Origin: Octopus sinensis
Lineage: Eukaryota
Direction: 5' to 3'
DNA length: 64,000 bases
Assembly (NCBI RefSeq): GCF_006345805.1
Contig: NC_042997.1
Coordinates: forward strand, 128,464,001-128,528,000
Both the position numbers and the translations under genes were made by a program. This document shows, piece by piece, positions 12,045 to 22,825 of the stretch (position 1 is its first letter; each line of letters opens with the position of its first letter). The notes beneath the pieces are model-generated. The model searched no databases and was not told where the DNA came from. It was given only the letters and a program-made list of their open reading frames with translations.

Positions 12045-13112
12045 CTATTTAAAGGCCAGATAAGTGTAACGCCGCCAATGGGGGCATCGAAAAGCCGACT
12101 GTAAGAGCCCGTTTACCATCCGGCCTCTGGCAAACAAAATATGGAAGAGTTCGGAGACACAAAGGTTGCACTGTCTTCTGCCCCTATCAAATGGGAGGGC
12201 CACCGACAAAATTGACCATTCCAGCCTATAGCTTAAGTTCGCATCCTTCAGTCGCCATATTAGCTTACTGAGTCCCGTGGTCTGGCGCTTGTTCACGTCC
12301 CGAAAAGTTGCGTAATGGTTGGAGACACGCAAAGACAATCTTGAGGATGATGCCCCTATATAAGTGAAGGCATCTGAGTCCGTGTAAACCTTGCATTGGT
12401 AGACGGCGTTTTTGATCTTGGAGTTCGCCGACGTGAATCTTACTCTGCTAGGATTGGTTTCTGAAATTAGAACTGCGTTCCTGTCACTATATTCGTTCCG
12501 AGACCTGCAGCCGCTTACTACTCTATTTTCCACTACGTCACTATTAACTATAGTAATAACCCCTGATTCTCCACTATCTATCAGAGTGCTGTCATTGCTA
12601 CTGCCCGTGGTACTGCTATTGCGGGAAATGATGCTGGGGATGCTAAAGGGGCTCTCTACCCTACTCCCATTGTTACCATCAACCACAACACCCCTATTTA
12701 TAACTATACCCCTAGTGGGTACTCCCTGGCTGGAGCTGAGATTATGTGTCACTGTACTGGCTCTCATATCATTATTACTACTATAATTATTCCTACTGAG
12801 CATTAAACCGGGAGCGGAAGAGGCTGTGCCTCCGGAAAAAGGTGATAGGGTCTTAGTAAGTAGCCTATTATTATGGGAGGCGATTATCTGGGCGAGGTTT
12901 TTAGTGTTGGAGAAAGCTATCCTAACTTTATGTGAGTTAACCGTGGAGTAATATTTGGAATTTCTGGGGAAGTTATTGGCGATGGCTTGTCTAAACATGA
13001 GGGGGAGGTTAGTTCTAATCTGCTTACCAAAGGGGATTACAAACCATATATGCTTATTCCTATCAGTGTGATGGGTCGGGACGCCAGCTCTCGCATTTGG
13101 GTGGGTGATTCT
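12045..13112 (-). CDS. 5'-truncated Penelope-like polyprotein: post-RT segment plus GIY-YIG endonuclease (no RT core)
   Basis: RNKHIWFVIPF..FP..KVRIAFSNTKNLAQIIASHNNRLL resembles the Naiad IIWFNPPY..VKVSYSCMPN..IISSHN segment. VYQCKV..TYIG..R.SNHYATFR..T.LSKLIWRLKD..W.I..CNLC..E..CPH is the GIY-YIG domain. No stop codons; ends TAG. The called ORF's first 82 codons lie in the inverted repeat. Confidence 0.85.
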   Translation of the reverse strand, partial: RITHPNARAGVPTHHTDRNKHIWFVIPFGKQIRTNLPLMFRQAIANNFPRNSKYYSTVNSHKVRIAFSNTKNLAQIIASHNNRLLTKTLSPFSGGTASSAPGLMLSRNNYSSNNDMRASTVTHNLSSSQGVPTRGIVINRGVVVDGNNGSRVESPFSIPSIISRNSSTTGSSNDSTLIDSGESGVITIVNSDVVENRVVSGCRSRNEYSDRNAVLISETNPSRVRFTSANSKIKNAVYQCKVYTDSDAFTYIGASSSRLSLRVSNHYATFRDVNKRQTTGLSKLIWRLKDANLSYRLEWSILSVALPFDRGRRQCNLCVSELFHILFARGRMVNGLLQSAFRCPHWRRYTYLAFK

Positions 13113-13767
13113 CGGGGCTTGTTTTTTCACAGCGGGGGGTTTCCTTGTCAAGGTAGGCTTAGATGAACACACACACACACACATAAAACATAAAATATAT
13201 ATATATAATTTCTTTATTTTTTTTTCTTTCTGCCACCCAACGGTTATCACGGCAGTAGCCACTGACAGCCGAACGATCAAACGCACACACGTACACAAAA
13301 AATGTTTTCTACCCCTACGCCAACACACACATATATAGAACAGTATACACACACACACGTCTCTAAGTAGATTTTTTCTCGCCCCTTATAAAACATCCAA
13401 TATTCTTTAAATAGTCAGAACTTTATTCTCGGTCACAAAGAACATCTATACACCCTCACCCACATGTTTGACCGATGCCTGACCTGTTGAATTCTTCAGC
13501 CACCGGTTCTCAACATACACTGATAAACAGTTTCGCCATGGGCTCTTAGGAGCACAGTTCGATTTGTTTTTTGCTCTGCCTCTGTTCTGTTTTTGTTTTT
13601 CCAACGGATTTCCTTTTTTCTTCCTGAAGAGAAAGACACAATATGGTCCCATTATTCAATCGGATTTTGGTAATTTGTGCCTTTCGAAACACGTGTAGAA
13701 TGAAATAAAACGATTTCTGTTCAATCTGCGTTCAGCTCCATTTCTTCAATTCACCAATAATGTTTTA
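13113..13767. repeat. Right arm of the inverted repeat (inverted pseudo-LTR at the 5' truncation point)
   Basis: Reverse complement of 11284-11937; begins exactly where ORF homology is cut. Confidence 0.95.
13621..13710 (+). ncRNA. Second copy of the minimal hammerhead ribozyme, opposite strand
   Basis: ttc 13621-23, ctgaaga 13624-30, stem II 13631-41/13675-85, gaaa 13686-89, acacgtgt 13689-96, GUA cut between 13697 and 13698, gaa 13698-13700. Confidence 0.85.
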
Positions 13768-14427
13768 TATATATATATATATATATTGTTGTATTTAGGA
13801 ATGGTCATGTTGCCAGTTTAGCCAATAAAACACACACACTATATATTTGGTGTTAATTTGCTTCAGCTTTATATATTTTGTATTTTTTACATTAATCTTA
13901 ATCTTATTTCGGCCAGAGTTCTTTTGTCACACTTCTGTGACCTCATCAGTGGTCCTTTGCTTTCTTCTTTCTTATTTGTGTGTCTCTCCTTACTAACAAT
14001 CAGCCATTTTGTGAACGAATCTGTACTATATGCATATCTACTACATATCTCTAATACATAGACATCTATCTGTCTCTAGCCTAGAGACTCATTAAACTGG
14101 AGCTTATGTTAGTTTTCATATTTGAGTGAAAGAGTGAAAATACATTTAACTGAAAATACAAGACCCACTCCTGAAGGGACACCGAGCCATTGTAGGGTTA
14201 AACCCCATTCCCTAGCTACCATTTGACTCATTTTACCTAAGTGGACTTGAAGCAGTGTGACACAAAATGTAATGAAGTACAATGCATCATCACCCAGTCC
14301 AAGTATGAAACCCATAAGCAAATAATTATGAGCCCAATACAAAGCTATCAACTTGACACCTTAGCACATAGGCATGTATTACCAATGTAAATCTTTACTT
14401 CATAGATATATATCTATCAACATATCT

Positions 14428-14528
14428 CTCATCTGACTGGCCTGGTGCAGCTTTCGGGCTTCCCAGACCCCAGTTGAACCATCCAACCCATGCTAGCATG
14501 GAAAGCGGATGTTAAACGATGATGATGA

Positions 14529-14531
<3 letters not shown>
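14428..14531 (+). mobile_element. RTE-type 3' tail fragment (family A)
   Basis: ccaacccatgctagcatggaaagcggatgttaaac(gat)n, then a long (AT)n. Confidence 0.85.

Positions 14532-14598
<67 letters not shown>
14530..14598. repeat. (AT)n microsatellite
   Basis: Direct reading. Confidence 0.95.
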
Positions 14599-14600
<2 letters not shown>

Positions 14601-14602
<2 letters not shown>

Positions 14603-15000
14603 GAGTGGCTGTGTGGTAAGTAGCTTGCTAACCAACCACATGGTTCCGGGTTCAGTCCCACTGCATGGCATCTTGGGCAAGTGTCTTCTACTATAGCCTT
14701 GGGCCGACCAAAGCCTTGTGAGTGGATTTGGTAAACGGAAACTGAAAGAAGCCTGTCGTATATATGTATATATATATGTGTATGTGTGTGTATATGTTTG
14801 TGTGTCTGTGTTTGTCCCCCTAGCATTGCTTGACAACCGATGCTGGTGTGTTTACGTCCCCGTCACTTAGCGCTTCAGCAAAAGAGACCGATAGAATAAG
14901 TACTGGGCTTACAAAGAATAAGTCTTGGGATCGATTTGCTCGATTAAAGGCAGTGCTCCAGAATGGCTGCAGTCAAATGACTGAAACAAGTGAAAGAGTA
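14601..15000 (+). mobile_element. tRNA-derived SINE, family B, full length
   Basis: A-box-like gtggctgtgtggtaag, B-box-like gggttcagtccc, central domain, internal (TA/TG)n, 3' tail taaaggcagtgctccag..gactgaaac. Confidence 0.9.
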
Positions 15001-15142
15001 TATAAATTTTTTGCGTAATGAGATAATAAAAACCAAGGCTGTGTAGATATTAGTGCATTTATAGATAGAAGGTCTTCTATCTATAAATGCTCTAATATCT
15101 ATACAGCCTTGGTTTTTTATCTCATTATGCAAAAAATTCATA
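15001..15142. mobile_element. 142-bp foldback element (MITE-like)
   Basis: ~70-bp arms, about five differences, 2-nt centre at 15072-73; TA dinucleotides at both ends. Confidence 0.7.
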
Positions 15143-15324
15143 CACACGCTGACATAGAACCAACATTGAACCCTTTATTCGCAATTTATTACCAAATCTG
15201 GAACTTAACTATGGTCTGTCTATAGCACTTATTCAGCATTACCTGACAACTTTGGGTCTCATATACACATATATATATATCTGTCTAGACATCTGTACCA
15301 TATGAGCCAACAACAGAGTTTCTA

Positions 15325-15455
15325 GATTGTTCAACCAGGTAGAGATAGTAGCCAAACCTTAAAATCATCTCCTACCATCTTAGGAAAGGTCATGGCTGGA
15401 ATGCTTTTATCATAGGTCTTTTTGAGAAGTGTTGACTTGGGATCAAGCAACAACA
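15325..15455 (+). mobile_element. Family D repeat, degraded
   Basis: ttcaacc..atagtagccaaacc..ggtcatggctggaatgcttttatcataggtc..gacttggg..caacaac. Confidence 0.6.
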
Positions 15456-18159
15456 TATCTCTCTCCATGTCTGTTTCTACTCTGTCACTTTAAATATGAG
15501 AAACTCCAAAGAAAAAGAAAAGATTAACTAAATAAAAAAACACAATGTTTATAAAATAAAAATAATTAGATTTTCCTTAAATTACTGTTTAAAATCTGTT
15601 ATTGTTTAGTTAAGTATGCTAAAAAAACTGATAAATTGATAAATATAATAAGATTAGTTGAAGAAACAAATCTTTTGTATGTGCACTGGATTCCATTTTT
15701 TCACAGGAAATATTCCAGTGTTTCTATCATCATCATCATCATCATCATCATTTTAATGTATTCTTTTTTACCTTTTAAAATTCCTCATTGCACCACTGCT
15801 GCTTTCTTCTGACTGCAGTAGCATTATTGTTTGGTGCAGAGACAGACCCAAACAATTTTCATTTTCTTTTTATTCTACTGCATTATGCTGCTCCTATTTT
15901 AGGAATCTGATGCACCATTTTCAAATGAGTAGATTATCCCTAAAAGGAAATTGCCACATCTATTCCTTATTTTTCTTATTATTTATTGCCATTTTTTAAG
16001 CTCACATCTCTAATCGGGAGGGAAAAAATTGCTTTTGAATTAAATTAACAGTAAAACGACAACAATATATGTTCAATAAATAAACAAGGAAAAATAATTT
16101 TCTTTCACTAGTTTTATTTTGACTGTGGTAAATGACAACATTTCTGCAAATTACTGCAATCAAGAAATATTCAGAATGCTAGTTTTGTTTATTTACAATT
16201 GTTTTGCTAATGTCAGCTCGTTAATGCACACACTACAGTTGTCGCTAGAAAATCTCTCAGAAGCCATGATTTACTACCACAAGAATATTTTCTTTTATTT
16301 TCTTACATTTTTTTAATCTGCCTCTGAACAAGCTTTGCTCATGTTTCTGTTGCATCTACCAGAGAATGGTCCAGAATCATTAAGTCTTTGCCTGTATGCA
16401 GCAAATCAAAGCAGTTAATCTCCAAATTAAAAACATCTGTAGGTTACAAGTCAGGAAGAAAATATATGCAGGAATTTTTTTTTTATTTCTTATATTTTGA
16501 GATGATTGCAATGCCAAGAAGTGACAAGGAATTCTAGGGTTCTCTTGTAGTAAAATGTCAACAGCATCTCACTAAGATTGATAACTACATCTTTTAATGT
16601 ACAATTGTTTTGATTATAACTTGAAATAAAAGCAACAAATATGAAGATATAATGCTTTTTGTTTAAATCATGGTATCTGAAATGGAATGACATGTCTCAT
16701 GTCCTCTGTGGGGATAGTTAGAACTGATGTGGTTAAGCACAGAAATTGTTTTAATGTGGGGGCATATAATATAGCAAAAAGCTCCACAGTGTAGTAATGC
16801 TAAGAGTGAAGAATTTTTTAATGTAGCATAAATTTACACAATTGGTTGAAAGTTAGATTTTGTAATGTCTGATTTGTAATGTCTGATTTGTAATTCCTGT
16901 TCTGTCGTCATCACCATCATCAATTTAATTTCCACTTTTTCATGTTTACATGGTTAAGACAGAATTCCTTAGGACAAAGTTTCTTTGACTGGATGTCGTT
17001 CCTGTTTCCAACTTTCACATGTTCCAACAAATGTTTGAAAACAAAGGACACTGCTTATTTTACGACTATCATAAGATGTCAAGACAAGGAAACACAAACA
17101 CATGTATACACACACATTTACATAAAAGATGGGTTTTCAGTTTTTCATTGACTTTGGTTAACACAGGGCTATAATAGAAGACACTTGCCCAAGGAACTAC
17201 ACAATAGTACTGAACTTGAAGCAAACATAACCACACAACAATCATTATTCAACTCATACTTTTGTTGACTTAGAACGTTATCATTCTGGGCTTAAGATCA
17301 TATCTAAATTAATGGTTCATAAATGATGAGCTGTACATTTGTGTTATGCAACATGTAGTAAAGTGTTTCATGAAAATCATAAAATATTTAAATTAGTATA
17401 TCCATGTTATGTCTATTTTTCTTTGCCAGAATGAGTTGGATGAATACTTATTGTTGAGGCATTATTTTACAGCTGGGTGCTTTTCCTGTCACTGACCCTT
17501 ACCCTTTTTTTAAAGTAAAGGATTTATTTTTATTTTGCTTGCTTTCAAATCACAGACTTTGAAAGGCAAGTGACACTTGTATATGTATATTTGATAAAAT
17601 ATATAAATGGCTTTGTTAATAGATTTTTATTTTATAGCACAAAGTGTGTGACCAAAATGTTTTATTTGCTCAAAAGTCTAAGTAAAGCGAAAAAAAAAAA
17701 AATTGAAAACCACTGATCCAAATAAATAGACAAATAAAATTCAAAATTATTTTGTTTTCTTTTGTCTTTCATTTACATCTATAACATATATTTTGTCACT
17801 GATGATTGCTTTCTGAAACACCAAGTACTTTTTATAAGAGACTCATTATATATTTCACTGGTTCAGCCAATTATATGACTGGTAAATATTTTATTGATCT
17901 CTGATAAAGTCAGTCATAGAGGATTTAATCATTTAAACTGAGAAACATAAAGCACAAAGTACAATCTGTAAGAGATATTATGCAACTCTCTTTCTCTCTC
18001 TCTCTCTTCTCACTTTCTCTTTCTCCTTCTCTATCAATGTAGTTCATCACCATCACCAGCAGCAGCAGTAGCAGCAGTAACAACAGTACTATTACTACTC
18101 TCTTTCTCTACATCTCTACCATCTTATGGCCTGCATGGTGATTGTAGTGGGGAGTCAGA

Positions 18160-18388
18160 CAAAAGTCCTTCTTACTCTAGGTACAAGACCTGACTTTTGG
18201 GTTGAGGTGCTAGTTGATTATATGGGCCCTAGTGCTCAACTGGTACTTATTTTATCAACTTCAAAAGGATGAAAGTAAGGTTAACCTCAGTGGTATTTGA
18301 ATTCAGAATGTAAAGGCAGACAAAATACCACTAAGAATTTTACCTGATGTGCTAACAATTCTGCCTGCTCATGCCAATTATAATGATG
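18160..18388 (-). mobile_element. SINE family C, near full length
   Basis: Reverse complement matches 50238-50452 (gcagaattgttagc..cattctgaattcaaat..gataaaataagtaccagttgagcact). Confidence 0.75.
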
Positions 18389-19406
18389 AGTTTAACTTGA
18401 AAAATGTCAGTGATGATGATGATAATAATTTTGTGAATCTAAGATGAGCATTGTGTTTAGCTGTTCAGATTGAAATCTATAGTTTATTATGTAGTACACA
18501 TTATGGTACTAAATTTGATCTTTTGAAGTTACAATGATTAATGAGTTTATAAACTAATTCACTTCTGAAAACTATGGTGGCTTTATTCCTTTATTCTTTT
18601 ATTACTTTCATTCATTGGACTACATGAATGTGTCCCAGCCATGGGGCCACACTAACCTCATTACTTATTTCACACATCTACAATGGGGAAAAGCTAACAG
18701 ATAGTTCATTGACAAGAGAAACGACAACAGCATCATCACCAATAGCTCATGATTTTCAGAGAAGTCCATATGCAAACAATCACATAGATATGCACTAACA
18801 CACAAGCACTCACAACACTGGGATTCTTTCAGTTTCTATCTAACAAATTCACTCCCAGGGCATTGATTAGCCTGGGGTGATGCACAGTGGGACCTGAACT
18901 TGAAATCACATGGTTAGGAAGAAAACTTCACACATGCAGCCTACAACATATATATGCAATTGTAGGCAAGGTAGGCAGTGCCTTTCCAGACAAAAACAAC
19001 ATATAATAATTATTAAATATACAAAGTAAGTGATTTCCAATTCATTATAATAATGCTAATTTAATGCAACAAATTCTGTATATAATTCAGCAAATGGCTA
19101 CTATTTTCATGTAAGACAAGCAGAATATCCACTGCCTTTCATGTTCAATGTTTATACTAGGCATAAAGCCATTAAATGCATGTGCTGTCATTTCAGCTCG
19201 ATAATAAATAAAATTTAGTGAAAATACAAAGAAAATAAAAACTACTTATGCTATGTCAATACAGGGTGAGAAGTGTGCGTGATTTGGGTGTTATATTACA
19301 GGTGTATTTGCTTCTAATGATTGAGCTAATTTTAAGAGATGTTTTATTCCATGAGAGTATATAAAATAGTAATAATATGTATACATGCATGCATTTATCC
19401 ACACAC

Positions 19407-19448
<42 letters not shown>

Positions 19449-19486
19449 GATGATGATGATGATGTGTGTGTGTGCATGTGTATGTA

Positions 19487-19545
<59 letters not shown>
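19407..19545. repeat. Compound (AT)n-(GAT)n-(TG)n-(AT)n microsatellite
   Basis: Direct reading. Confidence 0.9.
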
Positions 19546-19551
<6 letters not shown>

Positions 19552-19678
19552 CATAACACAGCTGCTTTAAAACTATGTACAACATTGAGTATATAAGTAT
19601 TTATGGTTATATACATGCAAAGACATAGGTACAACTTGGTTTATTTGAATTTTTGAATTCCTAAAGATGTATGTGTTT

Positions 19679-19680
<2 letters not shown>

Positions 19681-19736
<56 letters not shown>
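19681..19736. repeat. (GT)n microsatellite
   Basis: Direct reading. Confidence 0.95.
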
Positions 19737-19738
<2 letters not shown>

Positions 19739-22544
19739 ATGTTTGTGTGTACATGTTTGTTTTTATGTGGATTCATATATAAAAATCATAACATTAGGAT
19801 CATTCCATACTTTTGAAGAGAGTAAATATTTATTTTTACAAAGTAAATGTTGACAGTGACCTCGAAGTTTTTGGCTTACTAAGCCAATAAGCTCAAACTT
19901 TAAAGCCACTCTCAACCCTTTTCTTGTAAAAGTGTGTGTGTGTGTGTGTGTGTGATTGCACTCTAAGTTCAAATCCTATGAAGACCGCTTTGCATTTCAT
20001 TTCTTTCCCAATCCAGGACTATAAATTGGTAGAATATTTAGATCATAGGATGAGATGTTTTGCAATATCTGTTACAGCTCTGTACATTCTGATGTCCAAA
20101 GTCACAAAGCATTGGTGTCCAGCTGTGATCTTGTGCACCATGCTTGTGTAAGTCAGACAAGTCAACATGATCTGGTCTTATTTCATTGGAAGTTACTGCT
20201 TTCAGATACTGGTGTTCATATTTGTTACTTTGGGCTGATTTCTACAGCTGGATACTCTTCCTAAAGCCAAGCACTTTATAGTGTGTACTAGGTGCCTTTT
20301 CGCATAACTACATCATTAGAAAGGATGATGTTCTCAATGAGACAAGACTAAGAGATCTCACAATCCTACACTTTCTCCATTTGTTTGCCGACTTTACAGT
20401 TTGTACTAAGAGTATTTTTCATAGCACCAGCACTATAGAGGTTGTCAAATCCTCTGTAAGACATGACTAATTAACTTTTCAACCTTACTTTATTCTCTGC
20501 TTACTCACCAGTCTCTCTAGTATATGTGCAGAAATGACTTGGCAGTGGACTTTCCATCATGGTACCAGCATATGAGGAGTTTAGACATGTAAACTGTCAG
20601 TGTTGAAAATACTCAGGTGTTATATATGTATATATAAATCCAATATACAGAACTGCATGATTTGGGAATCCACAATTCTAAAAGGCAGAATATAATTTAT
20701 TGAGAATGCAGAGTATAATTTATTTAGAATGATGTTTTACAAGTTACAGACCCCTTTCACAATGTTACTATTTCTTAAATATTTTCTTAAGATGTATGAA
20801 AAGAGTGAAATGGTCTGCAGCCCATATCATATTGTTCTTAATAAATAGTGTGTGTGGGTGGGTAGGGTATTCTAAACAGAGAAATATTTTTGGTATACTG
20901 ATTATTTTAACTTTAGTTTTCATGCTGTGATTGTGTTTAGAATAAAGTGGATGTGTTACCAAAGTTCAATTTATAATTGATGCTATTTTTAAACTCATAA
21001 GTCTCTGGACAGGTCACCAATTTTCTGAAATTGCCACAAGTTACTACAGTTAGATCAATTAATTTCGACTTTAATAGAAATCTTACAACTGTGTCAATAT
21101 AATTTGACAATCTACAGACAAAGAATGGTTCAGATTTACATTTTGGTTTGATAATTGGTTTCAATAAAATACACTGTAGTCTCTCTGATTTAGAGGAGTA
21201 AACACACACACACACACACACACACATGCACAACCTTGCTTAAAAGGTGGAGCAAAGGTGAGTTGAGAGAATGAATGACTTGGCAATCAGAACATCAGCT
21301 GATGTATACAAGAAAGACAACTTCTAGTATGATATAAATGGATGATGAATCCACTGTATGTGTGTGTTTGTGTTGGGGAATAGTGGTGGGGTCAGTGCAG
21401 TGTACTGTAAGTATGAATAAGGAAAACTACTGAGAACAATGTGGGATGAAGTGCTGAGGTTACTTCTCAAGATACAGAACTTCATAGAGTAAAGAATGAA
21501 AGATCTAAACTTGATCACAGAAATGTCCAACCCACGGAAAATATAGAAAAACAGTTGCCAGAGAAATCTTGCTACTATTGATGCTATTTTTTGCCTCCTC
21601 CACCTCCTCCTCCTCCTTCTTCTTCGTCTTCATCTTCTTCTTCTTCTTCTCCTCCTCCTCCTCCTCCTCCTTCTTTTCCCCTTCTTCTCCTCTTCCCTCT
21701 CGCCCTCCTCCTCTTCTTTGAAGATGATGCAAATGGTATCAAAAACATTTAAAACTCAAAACCACATCTTACCTATGCATGTATGTGATAATTCAGATTT
21801 CAAATGATCAGATATATGCACTCGCTTAAGCACTTACATATGTTTTGTTTGTGTGTACGTATACTTATGCATGAATGTATGTATGCAAGTATGTATATAT
21901 GCATATGTATGAATGCATATCTATATTCATGTATATGCTTGTGTGCCTATGTATGTATCTATATGTATGTGAGTGTGCATATACACATATAGATGGATAT
22001 ATATTTACATGTACACACTCACACACATATATACACACACATTCGCATAATCCATACACATATAATTTACATGTGCAAGTTCATGTGAGTGTGTGTGTAT
22101 GCACATGTATACCTGTGTATATGAAATAGAAATAAAAACCCAACATGAAAACTTACTTCTATTCAAGTGATTGGAGAGGGGGAGTGGGATTAAATTATTT
22201 TCATATATTAAATATTTGTTTTATATTGCTGGACCAGTAAATATTCCATTTGTGAAATCAATGGAACAACAGCATGATCAAATGTAGATCTACCTTTCTC
22301 TCTGCATTCCCTTTTTACATTCCTCATTCCTAAATATGGACCTGCTTTTTTCTCTTTTTCTTTTTTTAAAGAAGACACGTCCATAGTTTTTTACTTAAAA
22401 AATAAATCAACTCAACCTTGTAATCCATGCTATTTTGTCATTTTATTTAGGATAAGTAGTTTATCGATTCCAGATGTAATAATTTACCTTTGGGATCATT
22501 GATCACAGAGATAAACTGCTGTTGTTGTTCATGATGATGATTTT

Positions 22545-22672
22545 ATTTCTATCTCTCTCTCTCTCTCTCTCTCTCTTTATCTCTATCTATCTCAATCTAT
22601 CTCTTTATATATTTCTTTTCTATCTCAATCTTTCTATCTCTCACACAACATATTTGTTTGTCTGTCTTTCTA

Positions 22673-22753
<81 letters not shown>

Positions 22754-22825
22754 CATATATATATTTATATATATATATTTAAATTTGTATATATATTCAT
22801 ATTTATTTATTTATATATATATATA
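22545..22825. repeat. Compound (CT)n/(AT)n microsatellite region
   Basis: Direct reading. Confidence 0.9.

Larger units (their letters stand above)
11135..13767 (-). mobile_element. Penelope-like retroelement (Naiad-type), 5'-truncated, with inverted pseudo-LTR, inserted in (TA)n
   Basis: C-terminal GIY-YIG ORF; long inverted repeat containing a hammerhead motif; (AT)n runs at 11115-11134 and 13766-13786 flank both ends; CpG-rich relative to the host. Confidence 0.85.

Noticed and set aside
12412-12786. 124-aa plus-strand ORF
   Set aside because: Shadow frame antisense to the low-complexity linker; Leu-rich because of codon complementarity.
12045-13112. Selenoprotein-type Naiad (UGA recoding)
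   Set aside because: No in-frame TGA in the retained ORF, the Cys positions use Cys codons, the stop is TAG, and I found no convincing SECIS.
13113-13358. First 82 codons of the 437-aa ORF (MCVCILFY...KKQAP) as a real N-terminus
   Set aside because: They lie in the inverted arm, antisense to the hammerhead-bearing pseudo-LTR, and the same stretch is frameshifted in the other arm. KPTLTRKPPAVKKQAP looks protein-like but cannot be supported.
11284-13767. Class II DNA transposon with long TIRs
   Set aside because: No DDE transposase. The GIY-YIG domain, hammerheads and one-sided 3' extension fit a Penelope-like retroelement better.
14601-14680. tRNA gene
   Set aside because: tRNA-like SINE head (A/B boxes) without a closable cloverleaf; continues into the SINE body. 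The same applies to the other SINE heads.
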